Source: an uncultured Gammaproteobacteria bacterium
GTDB lineage: Bacteria; Pseudomonadota; Gammaproteobacteria; Arenicellales; CAJQKF01
Length of the DNA: 64,000 nt
Direction: 5' to 3'
NCBI GenBank assembly: GCA_905478855.1
Contig: CAJQKF010000053.1
Location: 1,117-65,116 of the forward strand
Part shown: piece by piece, positions 19,443 to 29,800 of the stretch
Layout of the letters: every line of letters starts with the position of its first letter
Numbering within the stretch: position 1 is the stretch's first letter
Program-made: the position numbers and the translations under genes
Notes under the pieces: model-generated
Database searches by the model: none
Told to the model about the DNA's origin: nothing
Seen by the model: the letters and a program-made list of their open reading frames with translations, nothing else

Positions 19443-21467
19443 ATGGATCCACTTTTAACCTCATTCACGCTCAAAAATCTTACGCTTAAAAACCGTATTG
19501 TTAGCACCGCTCATGAACCGGCGTACACGGATAATGGCATGCCCGGTGAACGTTACCAGCGCTACCATGAAGTTAAGGCAGAAGGTGGCCTTTCCCTTTC
19601 CATGTTTGGTGGTTCGGCCTGTGTAGGGCCAGATTCACCTCCCGTCTTTGGACAGCTTAATGTTGGCGTTGACCGGATTATTCCGTATTTTGAATCGTTT
19701 TCGGAACGGTTGCATAAACATGATTGCGGATTAATTTGTCAGCTTTCTCATATGGGTCGTCGCACCACATGGAATGCGGGGGACTGGTTGCCGGTAGTTG
19801 CACCATCGCGGGTTCGAGAACCCGCACACCGAGCATTTCCAAAAGCCATGGATCATGGCGATATAAAGCGCGTTATACAATACTATGCCGACGCCGCACG
19901 ACGTTGTCAGTTGGGTGGTTTAGACGGTGTAGAGATTATTTCGACTACGCACTTACCCGGGCAGTTTTTATCGCCGGATACCAACACTCGTACGGATGGT
20001 TATGGAGGCTCATTAGCCAACCGCATGCGCTTTACCCTTGAAATGCTCGAAGCAATCCGATCTGCTGTGGGTGATGATTTTATCGTTGGAATACGTAGTG
20101 AAATTCATGGCGATAGCACCGGTGGCTTGTCGGCCGAAGAGGGTATGCAAGCGTTGCGTATGACACAGGATAGTGGCCTGATTGATTATCTTAATCTGAA
20201 CCACGGGCGTTCTGATACCAACTACTGGATCTCTCTGTTTTCGGTGCCACCTATGTGGCAAAAGTTAGCGCCCTGGTTGCAGTTAGTTGGAAGTATTCGA
20301 CAAGAATTAAATGTGCCTGTGGTGCATGCCTGTCGTATCTCAGATGTCGAAACGGCACGCTATGCAATCGATAGCGGCATGTTGGACTTGGTTGGCATGA
20401 CACGTGCGCATATTGCTGATCCAAATATCGTAACTAAAATTGAGCAGGGCAATGCAGAGCGTATTCGACCTTGTGTGGGCGCCGGCTATTGTATCGATCG
20501 GATTTATGGCGAGGGCGAGGCATTATGTCTGCATAATGTTGCGACCGGACGCGAGTCAACGATACCTCAACTCGTTGATAAAAGCACATCTCCGGCAAAG
20601 AAGGTTGTTGTAGTGGGAGCTGGTCCTGCTGGCCTGGAGGCGGCGCGGGTATGCGCTGAGCGGGGTCATGAGGTTGTTTTGTATGAGGCTGCGCCACGAG
20701 CCGGAGGGCAAGTGTTGCTAGCAGCTCGGGCCGGTTGGCGTAAGGATTTAGTCGGTATTGTGGATTGGCTGGTTTCAGAAACGGAATTGCTTGGTGTGAC
20801 GATGCGCTGGCAGATGGCCGCACGGGAAGATATATTGGCTGAAAAACCGGATATCGTGATCATGGCTACAGGCGGTATTCCTGATACAGATTATATGCAT
20901 GGTGGGGAGTTTGCGATTAGTTCATGGGAAGCACTGAGCGGTGCTGAGCTTCGCGGGCGCATAATGGTTTACGACGATAACGGTCAACATACAGGTGTGT
21001 CTTGTGCTAATTATCTGGCCGAGCAAGACGACTGTGAAGTTATTCTGGCTACTCCAGACCGCCATGCTGCAGCTGAAATGGGCGTATCGAATTATCCGAT
21101 CTATATGCAGAACTTTTACAAGCTTGGCGTAAAGGTGATTCCTGACTATCGATTGACCCATATTCATAATATGGACGACGGATTTGAAGTGTCGTTGTCG
21201 AACGAATTCGGTGGTCCGGTAATAACTGAAACCGTTGATCATGTTGTGGTCGAGCACGGCAGTGTGCCGGTTGATGATCTGTTTGATGAATTAACTGAGC
21301 ACTGTATAAATGAGGGTTTACTCGACTATGATTGGTTACTGGATGAGGACGCACCGACGTTACCTGATGCGAATGGTATACAGATGTTTCGTGTGGGTGA
21401 TGCAGTGACAAGTCGTAATATTCATGCCGCGATTCTGGATTCCCGACGTTTGTGTATGCGTATTTAG
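19443..21467 (+). CDS. Old-Yellow-Enzyme-type FMN oxidoreductase fused to an FAD/NAD(P)-binding domain, N-methylproline demethylase (StcD)/DgcA-like
   Basis: 674 aa. The N-terminus is LKNLTLKNRIVSTAHEP..LSHMGRR (OYE TIM barrel). CVGAGYC is a Fe-S ligand region, and VVVVGAGPAGLEAA is a dinucleotide fold. The family call is firm; the substrate is not. Confidence 0.7.
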   Translation: MDPLLTSFTLKNLTLKNRIVSTAHEPAYTDNGMPGERYQRYHEVKAEGGLSLSMFGGSACVGPDSPPVFGQLNVGVDRIIPYFESFSERLHKHDCGLICQLSHMGRRTTWNAGDWLPVVAPSRVREPAHRAFPKAMDHGDIKRVIQYYADAARRCQLGGLDGVEIISTTHLPGQFLSPDTNTRTDGYGGSLANRMRFTLEMLEAIRSAVGDDFIVGIRSEIHGDSTGGLSAEEGMQALRMTQDSGLIDYLNLNHGRSDTNYWISLFSVPPMWQKLAPWLQLVGSIRQELNVPVVHACRISDVETARYAIDSGMLDLVGMTRAHIADPNIVTKIEQGNAERIRPCVGAGYCIDRIYGEGEALCLHNVATGRESTIPQLVDKSTSPAKKVVVVGAGPAGLEAARVCAERGHEVVLYEAAPRAGGQVLLAARAGWRKDLVGIVDWLVSETELLGVTMRWQMAAREDILAEKPDIVIMATGGIPDTDYMHGGEFAISSWEALSGAELRGRIMVYDDNGQHTGVSCANYLAEQDDCEVILATPDRHAAAEMGVSNYPIYMQNFYKLGVKVIPDYRLTHIHNMDDGFEVSLSNEFGGPVITETVDHVVVEHGSVPVDDLFDELTEHCINEGLLDYDWLLDEDAPTLPDANGIQMFRVGDAVTSRNIHAAILDSRRLCMRI

Positions 21468-21468
21468 A

Positions 21469-22233
21469 ATGAACAGCAATTACGATTCAGCAAGTGCGGG
21501 GCATCTCGAGCCAGTATTTCGCTTCGCCGGTGAGGGTGGAGTAATTGTTGAGTTTGGTGAGCATTTAAATCTACAGGTAAACAATGCCGCACTGGCATTT
21601 GATCAGGCTATACATGATGATTTGTTATCAGGGATTATAGAAACGACACCCACGATTCGTTCTGTGTTCGTTCGCTTCGATCCACTGATTGTTCATTCCA
21701 GAGATGTGGCTACTCATCTTCGTGGTGTGTTATCCGATATTGATTGGTTAAAGCAGGCCCCGGGTGGTCAGCGCACATTATGGCGTGTACCGGCTATTTA
21801 TGGCGGCAATTATGGGCCAGACCTCGACCGGGTAGCCGAGTTTAGCGGGCGCTCACCCGAGGAAACAATTGCCTCCCATGTCTGCCAGCGTCAGCGTGTA
21901 TTAATGATTGGTTTTGCTCCTGGACAAGCCTATTTAGGGATTCTAGATGAGACTTGGAACATCCCCCGACTGGAAAAAATAACCCCCCGAGTTGAGACAG
22001 GATCGATAGCGGTGGCGATACGCCAAACGGTTTTATTTCCGGATGCGTCGCCAACAGGATGGAGTTGTATTGGTCGTTCTCCATTTAGAAGTTTTCGTCA
22101 GGGCTCGGATCAGCCATTTCCGTTAAAGGCTGGCGACGAGTTACAGTTTGTAGAGGTCTCCGAGACAGAGTTTACGCAATTGCTGGAACGTGATCGAAAA
22201 GGTGAATTAATCGTGCAGGGCTCACCAATATGA
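21469..22233 (+). CDS. pxpB: 5-oxoprolinase subunit B (KipI/allophanate hydrolase subunit 1 family)
   Basis: ATG 21469 lies 1 nt after the upstream stop. Family features are GFAPGQAYLG and context with the following PxpC and PxpA. The track start at 21424 would overlap the upstream gene. Confidence 0.8.
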   Translation: MNSNYDSASAGHLEPVFRFAGEGGVIVEFGEHLNLQVNNAALAFDQAIHDDLLSGIIETTPTIRSVFVRFDPLIVHSRDVATHLRGVLSDIDWLKQAPGGQRTLWRVPAIYGGNYGPDLDRVAEFSGRSPEETIASHVCQRQRVLMIGFAPGQAYLGILDETWNIPRLEKITPRVETGSIAVAIRQTVLFPDASPTGWSCIGRSPFRSFRQGSDQPFPLKAGDELQFVEVSETEFTQLLERDRKGELIVQGSPI

Positions 22234-22264
22234 TAATGGGCTTCAAGCTTGTGAGAGATTTTAA

Positions 22265-23311
22265 ATGAGTGGAATTTCCATTCAATCTATAGGTCCAGGT
22301 TGTCAAATACAGGATCTGGGTCGACCCGGTTGGCATCGGTATGGAATCACCGAGGGTGGCGCAATGGATCGGCTTGCATTGCAAGAGAGCGCGGCATTAC
22401 TTGGTCAGAGTGCAAATCTCGCCGGCCTTGAAATCGCCGGCTTAGGCGGTGTACTTACCGCGGTAGGCGGCTCGGTTCGATTCTCACTCACCGGTGCGCC
22501 AATGCCGGCGCGTATAGACGACACACAACTTGAGTGGAATTCGTGTTACACATTGCACGAAGGACAGAAGCTAATTACCGGCCTTGTGGAGTCAGGTATG
22601 TACAGTTATATCGGTTTCGGTGGCGGTATTGATACGCCACCTGAATTGGGTTCTCGGTCCACAAATGTTCGTTCGGCAATTGGTGGATATCAGGGTAGGT
22701 ACATACAGGCAGGCGATATCCTGCCATTAGGTGAGAGCGCCGTGGACTATTCCGGTTCAAGATTGCAACCTATAGAGCGCTTGGGCGGTGGTTCGATTCG
22801 AGTGGTTTGGGGCCCGCAAGCCTATTTATTTAGTGATAACGAACAACAGCGGTTTCTTGATACTCAGTATCGTGTTGAACACCGATTGAATCGCATGGGT
22901 GTGCGTTTGGAATCTGCCCATGCACCGTTAAAGGCTAGTGGGCATTTATCGGCTGTTTCCGATGCGGTTGCACTCGGTGATATTCAGATTCCCGGAGACG
23001 GTTATCCGGCCGTGTTGCTTGCTGATCATCAATCGACCGGTGGTTATCCGCGTATCGCAACCATTATTGCAGCGGATATGGCACGCATGGCTCAGGCACG
23101 ACCGGAAACGGTAGTGCAGTTTGTGGCTGTGGATATGGATGAGGCGGTATCAGCACTGCAAGATCAAATGCAAGTTGTTCATAATCTAGCGAACACGCTT
23201 GAGCCACTATTGCGCAATCCGGCAGATATTGACAACTTATTATCCTATCAACTTGTCAGTGGTTTTATAGCTGACGAACGTCTTCCCTGGGAGAAACAGA
23301 ACCGTGACTGA
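22265..23311 (+). CDS. pxpC: 5-oxoprolinase subunit C (KipA/allophanate hydrolase subunit 2 family)
   Basis: 348 aa. It has GPGCQIQDLGRPG..GITEGGAMD and ..GGYPRIATII. Confidence 0.8.
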   Translation: MSGISIQSIGPGCQIQDLGRPGWHRYGITEGGAMDRLALQESAALLGQSANLAGLEIAGLGGVLTAVGGSVRFSLTGAPMPARIDDTQLEWNSCYTLHEGQKLITGLVESGMYSYIGFGGGIDTPPELGSRSTNVRSAIGGYQGRYIQAGDILPLGESAVDYSGSRLQPIERLGGGSIRVVWGPQAYLFSDNEQQRFLDTQYRVEHRLNRMGVRLESAHAPLKASGHLSAVSDAVALGDIQIPGDGYPAVLLADHQSTGGYPRIATIIAADMARMAQARPETVVQFVAVDMDEAVSALQDQMQVVHNLANTLEPLLRNPADIDNLLSYQLVSGFIADERLPWEKQNRD

Positions 23312-24068
23312 CACTATTGATTTAAACGCAGACCTTGGCGAATCGTTTGGTAGCTGGAATATGGGTGACGATAAAGCCATGCTTGATATTGTGAGCTCTG
23401 CCAATGTGGCTTGTGGTTTTCATGCCGGTGATCCAATGGTGATGACCGATACGGTAAAGGCGGCTCGCGAGCGTGGTGTATTTATTGGTGCTCATCCCGG
23501 CTTTGATGATATACGTGGGTTTGGGCGACGTCGCATGACGGGCTTACCGGTGGCAGATTTACGTGCGTCGATTATTTACCAAATTGGTGCTTTGCAGGCA
23601 ATTGCAGCGACTGAGGGAATGAAATTAACCCACGTAAAACTACACGGCGCACTTTCAAATATGGCTTGTGAGGATGCGGAGATGGCCCGTATTTGCTTAC
23701 AGGCTATTCAGGCGGCGATGCCTGATATTATGATTGTTGTTGTGGCAACGACTCAATTGCATAGAGTTTCCGAAGCGTTAGGCTATCCTATGGCGCAAGA
23801 ATTGTTCGCGGATCGTGCGTATGCCGATGATGGTAATTTAGTCTCTCGCTCTCTGCCTGGTGCCATGATCCACGACGCTAACGAAGCCGCCGATCGTATG
23901 TTGCGAATGATTGATGAGCAGGCACTTATTTCAATTTCCGGTAAACGTATACCGGTAAACCCCCAGACCATTTGTGTACATGGAGATTCACAAGGAGCGG
24001 TCGCCATGGCAGAAGTTCTACGTAATCGTCTTGAGAATAACGGTATACGGATTGCCGGTTTTATCTAG
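23304..24068 (+). CDS. pxpA: 5-oxoprolinase subunit A (LamB/YcsF family)
   Basis: 254 aa. It has IDLNADLGESFG..ANVACGFHAGDP and overlaps pxpC by 8 nt. Confidence 0.85.
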   Translation: MTDTIDLNADLGESFGSWNMGDDKAMLDIVSSANVACGFHAGDPMVMTDTVKAARERGVFIGAHPGFDDIRGFGRRRMTGLPVADLRASIIYQIGALQAIAATEGMKLTHVKLHGALSNMACEDAEMARICLQAIQAAMPDIMIVVVATTQLHRVSEALGYPMAQELFADRAYADDGNLVSRSLPGAMIHDANEAADRMLRMIDEQALISISGKRIPVNPQTICVHGDSQGAVAMAEVLRNRLENNGIRIAGFI

Positions 24069-24526
24069 TCGCGAATATATAACAGAACGATACCACCGGT
24101 AATCATTAATCCGCCAAAAAGTTGGTATAGATTTAACCGTTCTCCAAATAGAACTGTTGAAGCGACTAATGCAAGTACTACGGTTCCGGCAACAACGGTT
24201 GGAATCACCACACTCGCCGACATGGCGGGTAGACCGCTTATTCCTGAAAATAGATAAAAATACAGTATCTCGGCGATACCGATACATATTCCGGCGCCAA
24301 TAGCCCAGAGATAAGTAGGCATTGGAAGTGTCATGCTATGCCCGCCTTGGACCTTTAGAAAAATGGCAAAGATAATTGAGGTTGATAGCGCCGCAATTTG
24401 CAAGGCAATGGTTGCCGTTATTGTAGTGCTGGCGACAGAGCCTGCTACATCGGCAGATTGTTTGACCAGCAAGTTATAGCCGGCATAAAGAACTGTTGTT
24501 GCGGCAAGTAGGATGATCAAAAGCAT
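24065..24526 (-). CDS. small DMT/EamA-like membrane protein
   Basis: 153 aa with five hydrophobic helices and no catalytic motif. Confidence 0.45.
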   Translation of the reverse strand: MLLIILLAATTVLYAGYNLLVKQSADVAGSVASTTITATIALQIAALSTSIIFAIFLKVQGGHSMTLPMPTYLWAIGAGICIGIAEILYFYLFSGISGLPAMSASVVIPTVVAGTVVLALVASTVLFGERLNLYQLFGGLMITGGIVLLYIRD

Positions 24527-24565
24527 GCGGTAGCTACATCTATAAAGGCAACGAATGGAGTAGCA

Positions 24566-25288
24566 CTAATTAACTAAAGAAAGTTTCTGCTTGATAATTT
24601 TACTCAATAACTTTGAATCCGTTAAAGGTAGTAAATGGCTTGTTGGGGTTTCAATAACATCCCAACGGTCATCCACTTTCAGTTTATCGGCGAAGGGTGT
24701 AAAAATATCTTCTGGGTTATTTTTAGCGCGAACGTAGCAGCGGTGTAGTCTGTCCAAGTCTTCGAGACTTGATGTTGCCGCTTCAAGAAAGGTGTTAATT
24801 GGTTGTGTCTGTAAACGTTGTTGCCATTGTTCCGAAGAGGTGGTTTTTTCAATATTCCACCGCTGGTGAATGTCGGGGATAGGTATATCTCGCTTTAATC
24901 GTTTTAGGATAGATAGCTCTCGTTGTGCATCTACTGGTAAATAATCGGCTAGTGCTTTTCCTGCCTCTGGAACGAAGGCATCTAGAAAAATAAGCTGGGA
25001 GACATTTTCTGTAAGTCGGCTGGCAGCTTCACTAACAACCATACCACCATAGCTCCAGCCGACCATTGTAAGGTTTTCCAGATCAAACATTTCCACACAA
25101 CTTACCACTTGATCAACATGATTAATTAGTGAAACAGGTGCTTGGCCATTATTTAAATCGGCCGGGCAGAGTAGGTCTGGTGTGATTACACGATGGCCTG
25201 CGGCTTCCAGACTTTGCCGGAGGCTGCGCCATACCCAGCTGCGAAACCAGGCACCATGAACAAGTAAGATAGGGGAGCGCGCACTCAT
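24566..25288 (-). CDS. alpha/beta-fold hydrolase
   Basis: 240 aa. It has LLVHGAW and the nucleophile elbow GWSYGG. Its start overlaps the upstream gene by 4 nt. Confidence 0.7.
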   Translation of the reverse strand: MSARSPILLVHGAWFRSWVWRSLRQSLEAAGHRVITPDLLCPADLNNGQAPVSLINHVDQVVSCVEMFDLENLTMVGWSYGGMVVSEAASRLTENVSQLIFLDAFVPEAGKALADYLPVDAQRELSILKRLKRDIPIPDIHQRWNIEKTTSSEQWQQRLQTQPINTFLEAATSSLEDLDRLHRCYVRAKNNPEDIFTPFADKLKVDDRWDVIETPTSHLLPLTDSKLLSKIIKQKLSLVN

Positions 25289-26712
25289 GGAATGATTACC
25301 TCCATTTGACTGTTGCGTTCAATAGCGATATTTTCCAATGCGTTTTGTAACGATGCTTTCGCATCCGCGTCTCCATGCACAATTCGTACTTGTTGCGGTA
25401 GATCGGGAATTCGATTTATAAAACGGATGAGATCTTCCCGGCCGGCATGGGCTGAATATCCACCTAATGAGGTGACTCTGGCACCGATAGAACATCGTTT
25501 TTCATCCAATTCTACATAACCTCCCTTGGGGCCATAGTTTTGGATGTCTCTTCCGGGTGTGCCCTTAGCTTGATAGCCGACAAACAAAATATCATTTACA
25601 GGGTTTTCTATAAGCGCTTTAAGATAATTCATAATTCTACCACCGGCGCACATACCGCTCGCCGCTAACACAATACAAGGATAATTATTACTTTTCAGTT
25701 GATTTACTAGCCGCAGATGTTCCTTGTGGCTATCTATAGTTATTAACTGATCAAACGCCAGTGGATGTCGCTCACTGTTGACCTTGGCTCGTGCTTCTGC
25801 ATCCCAGAATCCACGTAGTTTTCGATATACATTTGTGAAACGTGCCGCCAGCGGAGAGTCAACAATAATAGGTAATTTGTCCCAATGCAAATCCTTGTTA
25901 ACTGGTTTGCCTCGTAGTTTGAAAATAATATCCTCTAGTTCGTAAAGTAGCTCCTGAGTTCTACCGATACTAAAAGCCGGAATCATGACGACACCGCCAT
26001 TCTTTAAGGCATGTTGAATCACTTTACGAAGCTTGTCCTTGCGTTCTTTACGTCCTTCATGGTTCCGGTTTCCATAAGTGCTTTCGATTACTACGGTATC
26101 CGCTTTTCGTGGCGGTTGTGGGTTGGGTAATAATGGTGCATGAGGAGCGCCAAGATCTCCTGAAAAAACCGTTATACGTTTTTTGCCGTTACTCTGAGTA
26201 CGACATTCGATGTAAGATGAACCTAGAATATGTCCGGCTCGCTGAAATCGAATGTCGAGTTTGTCGCTATTAATCTCAACCCGCTGCCAGGTTTTATATG
26301 GCACAGCGCGAATTTGCTTCTTGAGTTTACCGAGTACAGCTTCGATTAATTTTCTGTTTCGCCCAAAGCCGATCTTTACCGCGTCCTCGAGCACAAGTGG
26401 TAATAACATTGCCGATGGCTCAGTGCAAAAAATAGGTCCTGTAAAACCCGCAGCCAATAAATAAGGAATACGACCCACATGGTCGATATGCACATGAGTA
26501 ACCAATAGTGCACGTACAGTATCTATTGAAAAATCTATTTGCTGTTGTGTCGATTTTGCACCATTGCGCGACTGCTCCCCACCCTGAAATACGCCGCAAT
26601 CGATCAGTACGCTGTTATCTGAATTAATATGGAACTCATGACATGAACCCGTTACACCGTCTACTGCGCCATGATGAGTAATATCAGGAAACTGTGGCAT
26701 AGATAAATCCAT
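25285..26712 (-). CDS. metallo-beta-lactamase fold, beta-CASP-type hydrolase (RNA-metabolising MBL family)
   Basis: 475 aa. It has HVHIDHVG (HxHxDH), later SGDLG and ESTYGNR, and a C-terminal ..GYSAHAG..VHGD typical of the beta-CASP family. Confidence 0.75.
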   Translation of the reverse strand: MDLSMPQFPDITHHGAVDGVTGSCHEFHINSDNSVLIDCGVFQGGEQSRNGAKSTQQQIDFSIDTVRALLVTHVHIDHVGRIPYLLAAGFTGPIFCTEPSAMLLPLVLEDAVKIGFGRNRKLIEAVLGKLKKQIRAVPYKTWQRVEINSDKLDIRFQRAGHILGSSYIECRTQSNGKKRITVFSGDLGAPHAPLLPNPQPPRKADTVVIESTYGNRNHEGRKERKDKLRKVIQHALKNGGVVMIPAFSIGRTQELLYELEDIIFKLRGKPVNKDLHWDKLPIIVDSPLAARFTNVYRKLRGFWDAEARAKVNSERHPLAFDQLITIDSHKEHLRLVNQLKSNNYPCIVLAASGMCAGGRIMNYLKALIENPVNDILFVGYQAKGTPGRDIQNYGPKGGYVELDEKRCSIGARVTSLGGYSAHAGREDLIRFINRIPDLPQQVRIVHGDADAKASLQNALENIAIERNSQMEVIIP

Positions 26713-26889
26713 TCATATATTAGTACCGAGGATAGTGAACCATTGGGTGTAAGCACATTCAATTTTTACTCTAGGTAATTTATCACAGATCTCCGATCTA
26801 ATTTACTGCACACTTACTTAGACGTGAGCGAATACTGTGCGACGTTGCCATATATGAATAACAGGAAGCTGATTAAGCGGGGGAGTAAA

Positions 26890-29800
26890 ATGGATTTTAC
26901 ATTTATGTTGTCGGGTGCTGGGTATTTTAATAATAGTCTATGCCGCTGTCGACTCAAAAATCGTGTGCTATCAATCGTAGCTTTTCTTATTGCAACTTGC
27001 TCTGTAGGCGTCTTTGCGGGTGTTCAGGTTGAACCAAATGTGTCGCCATGGAAATACACTATTTGCAGAGATACTAATTGGCAACATGCTGCCGAATGGC
27101 GTAAAGAATGCGAGAGGTGGGATGTCGGAACTTGGCATGTTGATTCGAAACTACGAACTTCTTGCATTAATAAAAACGATCCTCGACCCTGGGATGATGA
27201 AGGCGTCTTACTAGACAAAGCTGCGGCATATAGCGGGCCACCGGCTTCTTGGACAACGAACTGGCTAAATAAAGGTGGGGTTTTTTATAGTTTCTGTTGG
27301 GACCATGATGCAGACGATGAAGTAACATCGCCGCGATATAGTCTTGGCGTAGAGATCCGTAATTTTCGTAAAGTTATGTCTAACGGCTCGCATTATGTAA
27401 CACGAAGAGACCGCACGGCCGGATGCCCGGCCGAGTCAACAGTCCAGGGCGGACAATGTATCTTGCCTGAGCCACCGGCCAATCAGGATATTGGTTGTGA
27501 TGATGATAACGACAGCCAGGTTGGCAATCCTTGCGATGCGGCTACGGGTAATAAATATGAAAGTGATACGGATGTATCGATTGCCGGTATTAAGCTGACT
27601 CGATCGTATAATAGCCAAAACCCACAGGACTCGGGTTTTGGTAAAGGCTGGAGTAGTAATGTGCAACGTCGACTCAGCGTTGCGGGAAGTTCTATCTTAA
27701 GCTATCGATCTGATGGTAAAAGTGAGCCGTGGGTGAAAGCTGGGTCCAACTGGTCAAGCGATGGCGACGAAACCCTGATGCTTTCCGAAGATGCCAATGG
27801 GTTTACCCTTACCCGTGCCAATGGAACAAACGAATATTATTCACTGACCGGACAGTTAGTATCGATTACCGATACGAATGGATTGGCGACACAGTATCAC
27901 TATGGAACAAACGATAAAGTCACCTCGATTATCGGGCCATGGGGGCATACGCTAAGCCTAACCTATAACCATGACGATCTTATTAATACCGCAACGGATT
28001 CGTTAGGGTACACGTGGGTGTATGGCTATGATACGAATCGGAATTTAGTATCAGTGACGTATCCAGATTTCGATCCCCAGGATCTTTCGAATAATCCTAT
28101 AAAAACCTATCACTATGAAAACATAAATTTCCCCAATCACTTAACCGGCATTACAGATGAACGAGGAGATCGTTATGCCACTTTTACCTACAATAGCTCG
28201 GGTTTGGCAATCGGTACCGAACATGGGATCACTACAAACGGTGTGCCCCAGGAAGCGTATAGTTTACATTATGATAGTAGTACTCAAACTACGGTAACAG
28301 ATGCCGCAGGAACCGTTCAAATAATGTCATTCACCGAGCAGTTAGGGCGGAAAAAATTAACCCAGTCTCAACATGTGGCAGATGGATTATCGATTAATAA
28401 ATCCTACGACTCGAATAATAATCTACTGTCACGAATAGACGAAGAGGGTCGGCTTACTCAATATACGTACAACGCTTATAACCAGAAAACCTCAACGATC
28501 GAGGCGGTAGGTACACCTGAGCAGCGCACAACAATCTATGCTTACTATTCCAACGCTATTGATTTGATTACAAATGTAATTCGAGAAAGTGTTTCTGCCG
28601 GTGATCATTTTGAGACGACTACGGTTTATGACACGCACTTGAATCCGGTTAGCGTTACACAAACGGGTTTTCAACCGGATGAAAGCGTTATATCACGTAG
28701 CACCAGTATGACCTACGATAGCGCAGGACGTGTGTTAAGTATCGATGGATCGAGAACCGATACGGCGGATATTACTACCTTAACGTACTATACTTGTGCA
28801 ACCGGCGCAGAGTGTGGACAACTTGCCAGCGTAACTAACGCTGCGGGTCATACCACTACATACGATATGTATGATGCCAATGGTCGACCCCTTCAAATAA
28901 CCGATTCGAACGGGACCGTGTCTACGTCCGTGTATGATTATCGCGGCAGACTGATCTCATCAACACTAACTCCTCTGATTGGTATACCGCGAACCACGTT
29001 ATACGCCTTCGATGATGCCAATCAACTGGAAAGCGTTACTTATGCCGATGGTGTAACCGCTTTGTACCATTATGATGCCGCCCATGATTTAATTTCGGTA
29101 ACCGACAATATCGGTAACCGTGTTGAGTATCTATATGATAGCCGAGGTAATAAGATAGAAGATCTCACTAAGAATTCAGATGGAACGCTTGTGAATAAAA
29201 TGGAACGCGTTTTTGATATTCGTAATCGCATAGCGGCGACTCATATGGGTGGTGGCAATGGGGAGGTGGCCTCGGTTTCGCATCAACTACACGATGCTAT
29301 TGGTAAATTGATTGAACGAACCGATCCTAATCAAAACCCACCAACAACTTATGAATACGATGGGCATGATCGGTTGACCCAAACGATTGATGCACTGTTC
29401 AACCCCACAGTATATGAATACAATATTCACGATAACCTTGTTCAAGTTGGTGCACCCAATGGTGCGAGTACTGAGTATGTTTATGATGACTTAGGTAATC
29501 TGCTATCAGAATCAAGTCCTGATCGTGGGTTGATCACCTATACACACGATGTTGCCGGAAACGTTATAGGTATGGTTGATGCTCGTGGTGTTAGTGTGGT
29601 GTATCGCTATGATGCACTAAATCGATTATTGAGTGTTGATTACCCCGGTACCGATGAAGACCAGAGCTTTCGCTATGATAGTTGCATACAAGGCGTTGGT
29701 CGTTTATGTGTGATCAACGACGAATCCGGTTTACTCGAATTTGAGTACGATGCCTATGGAAATCGTCTCGTTGAGAGTAGAACGCAGGATAACGCTACCT

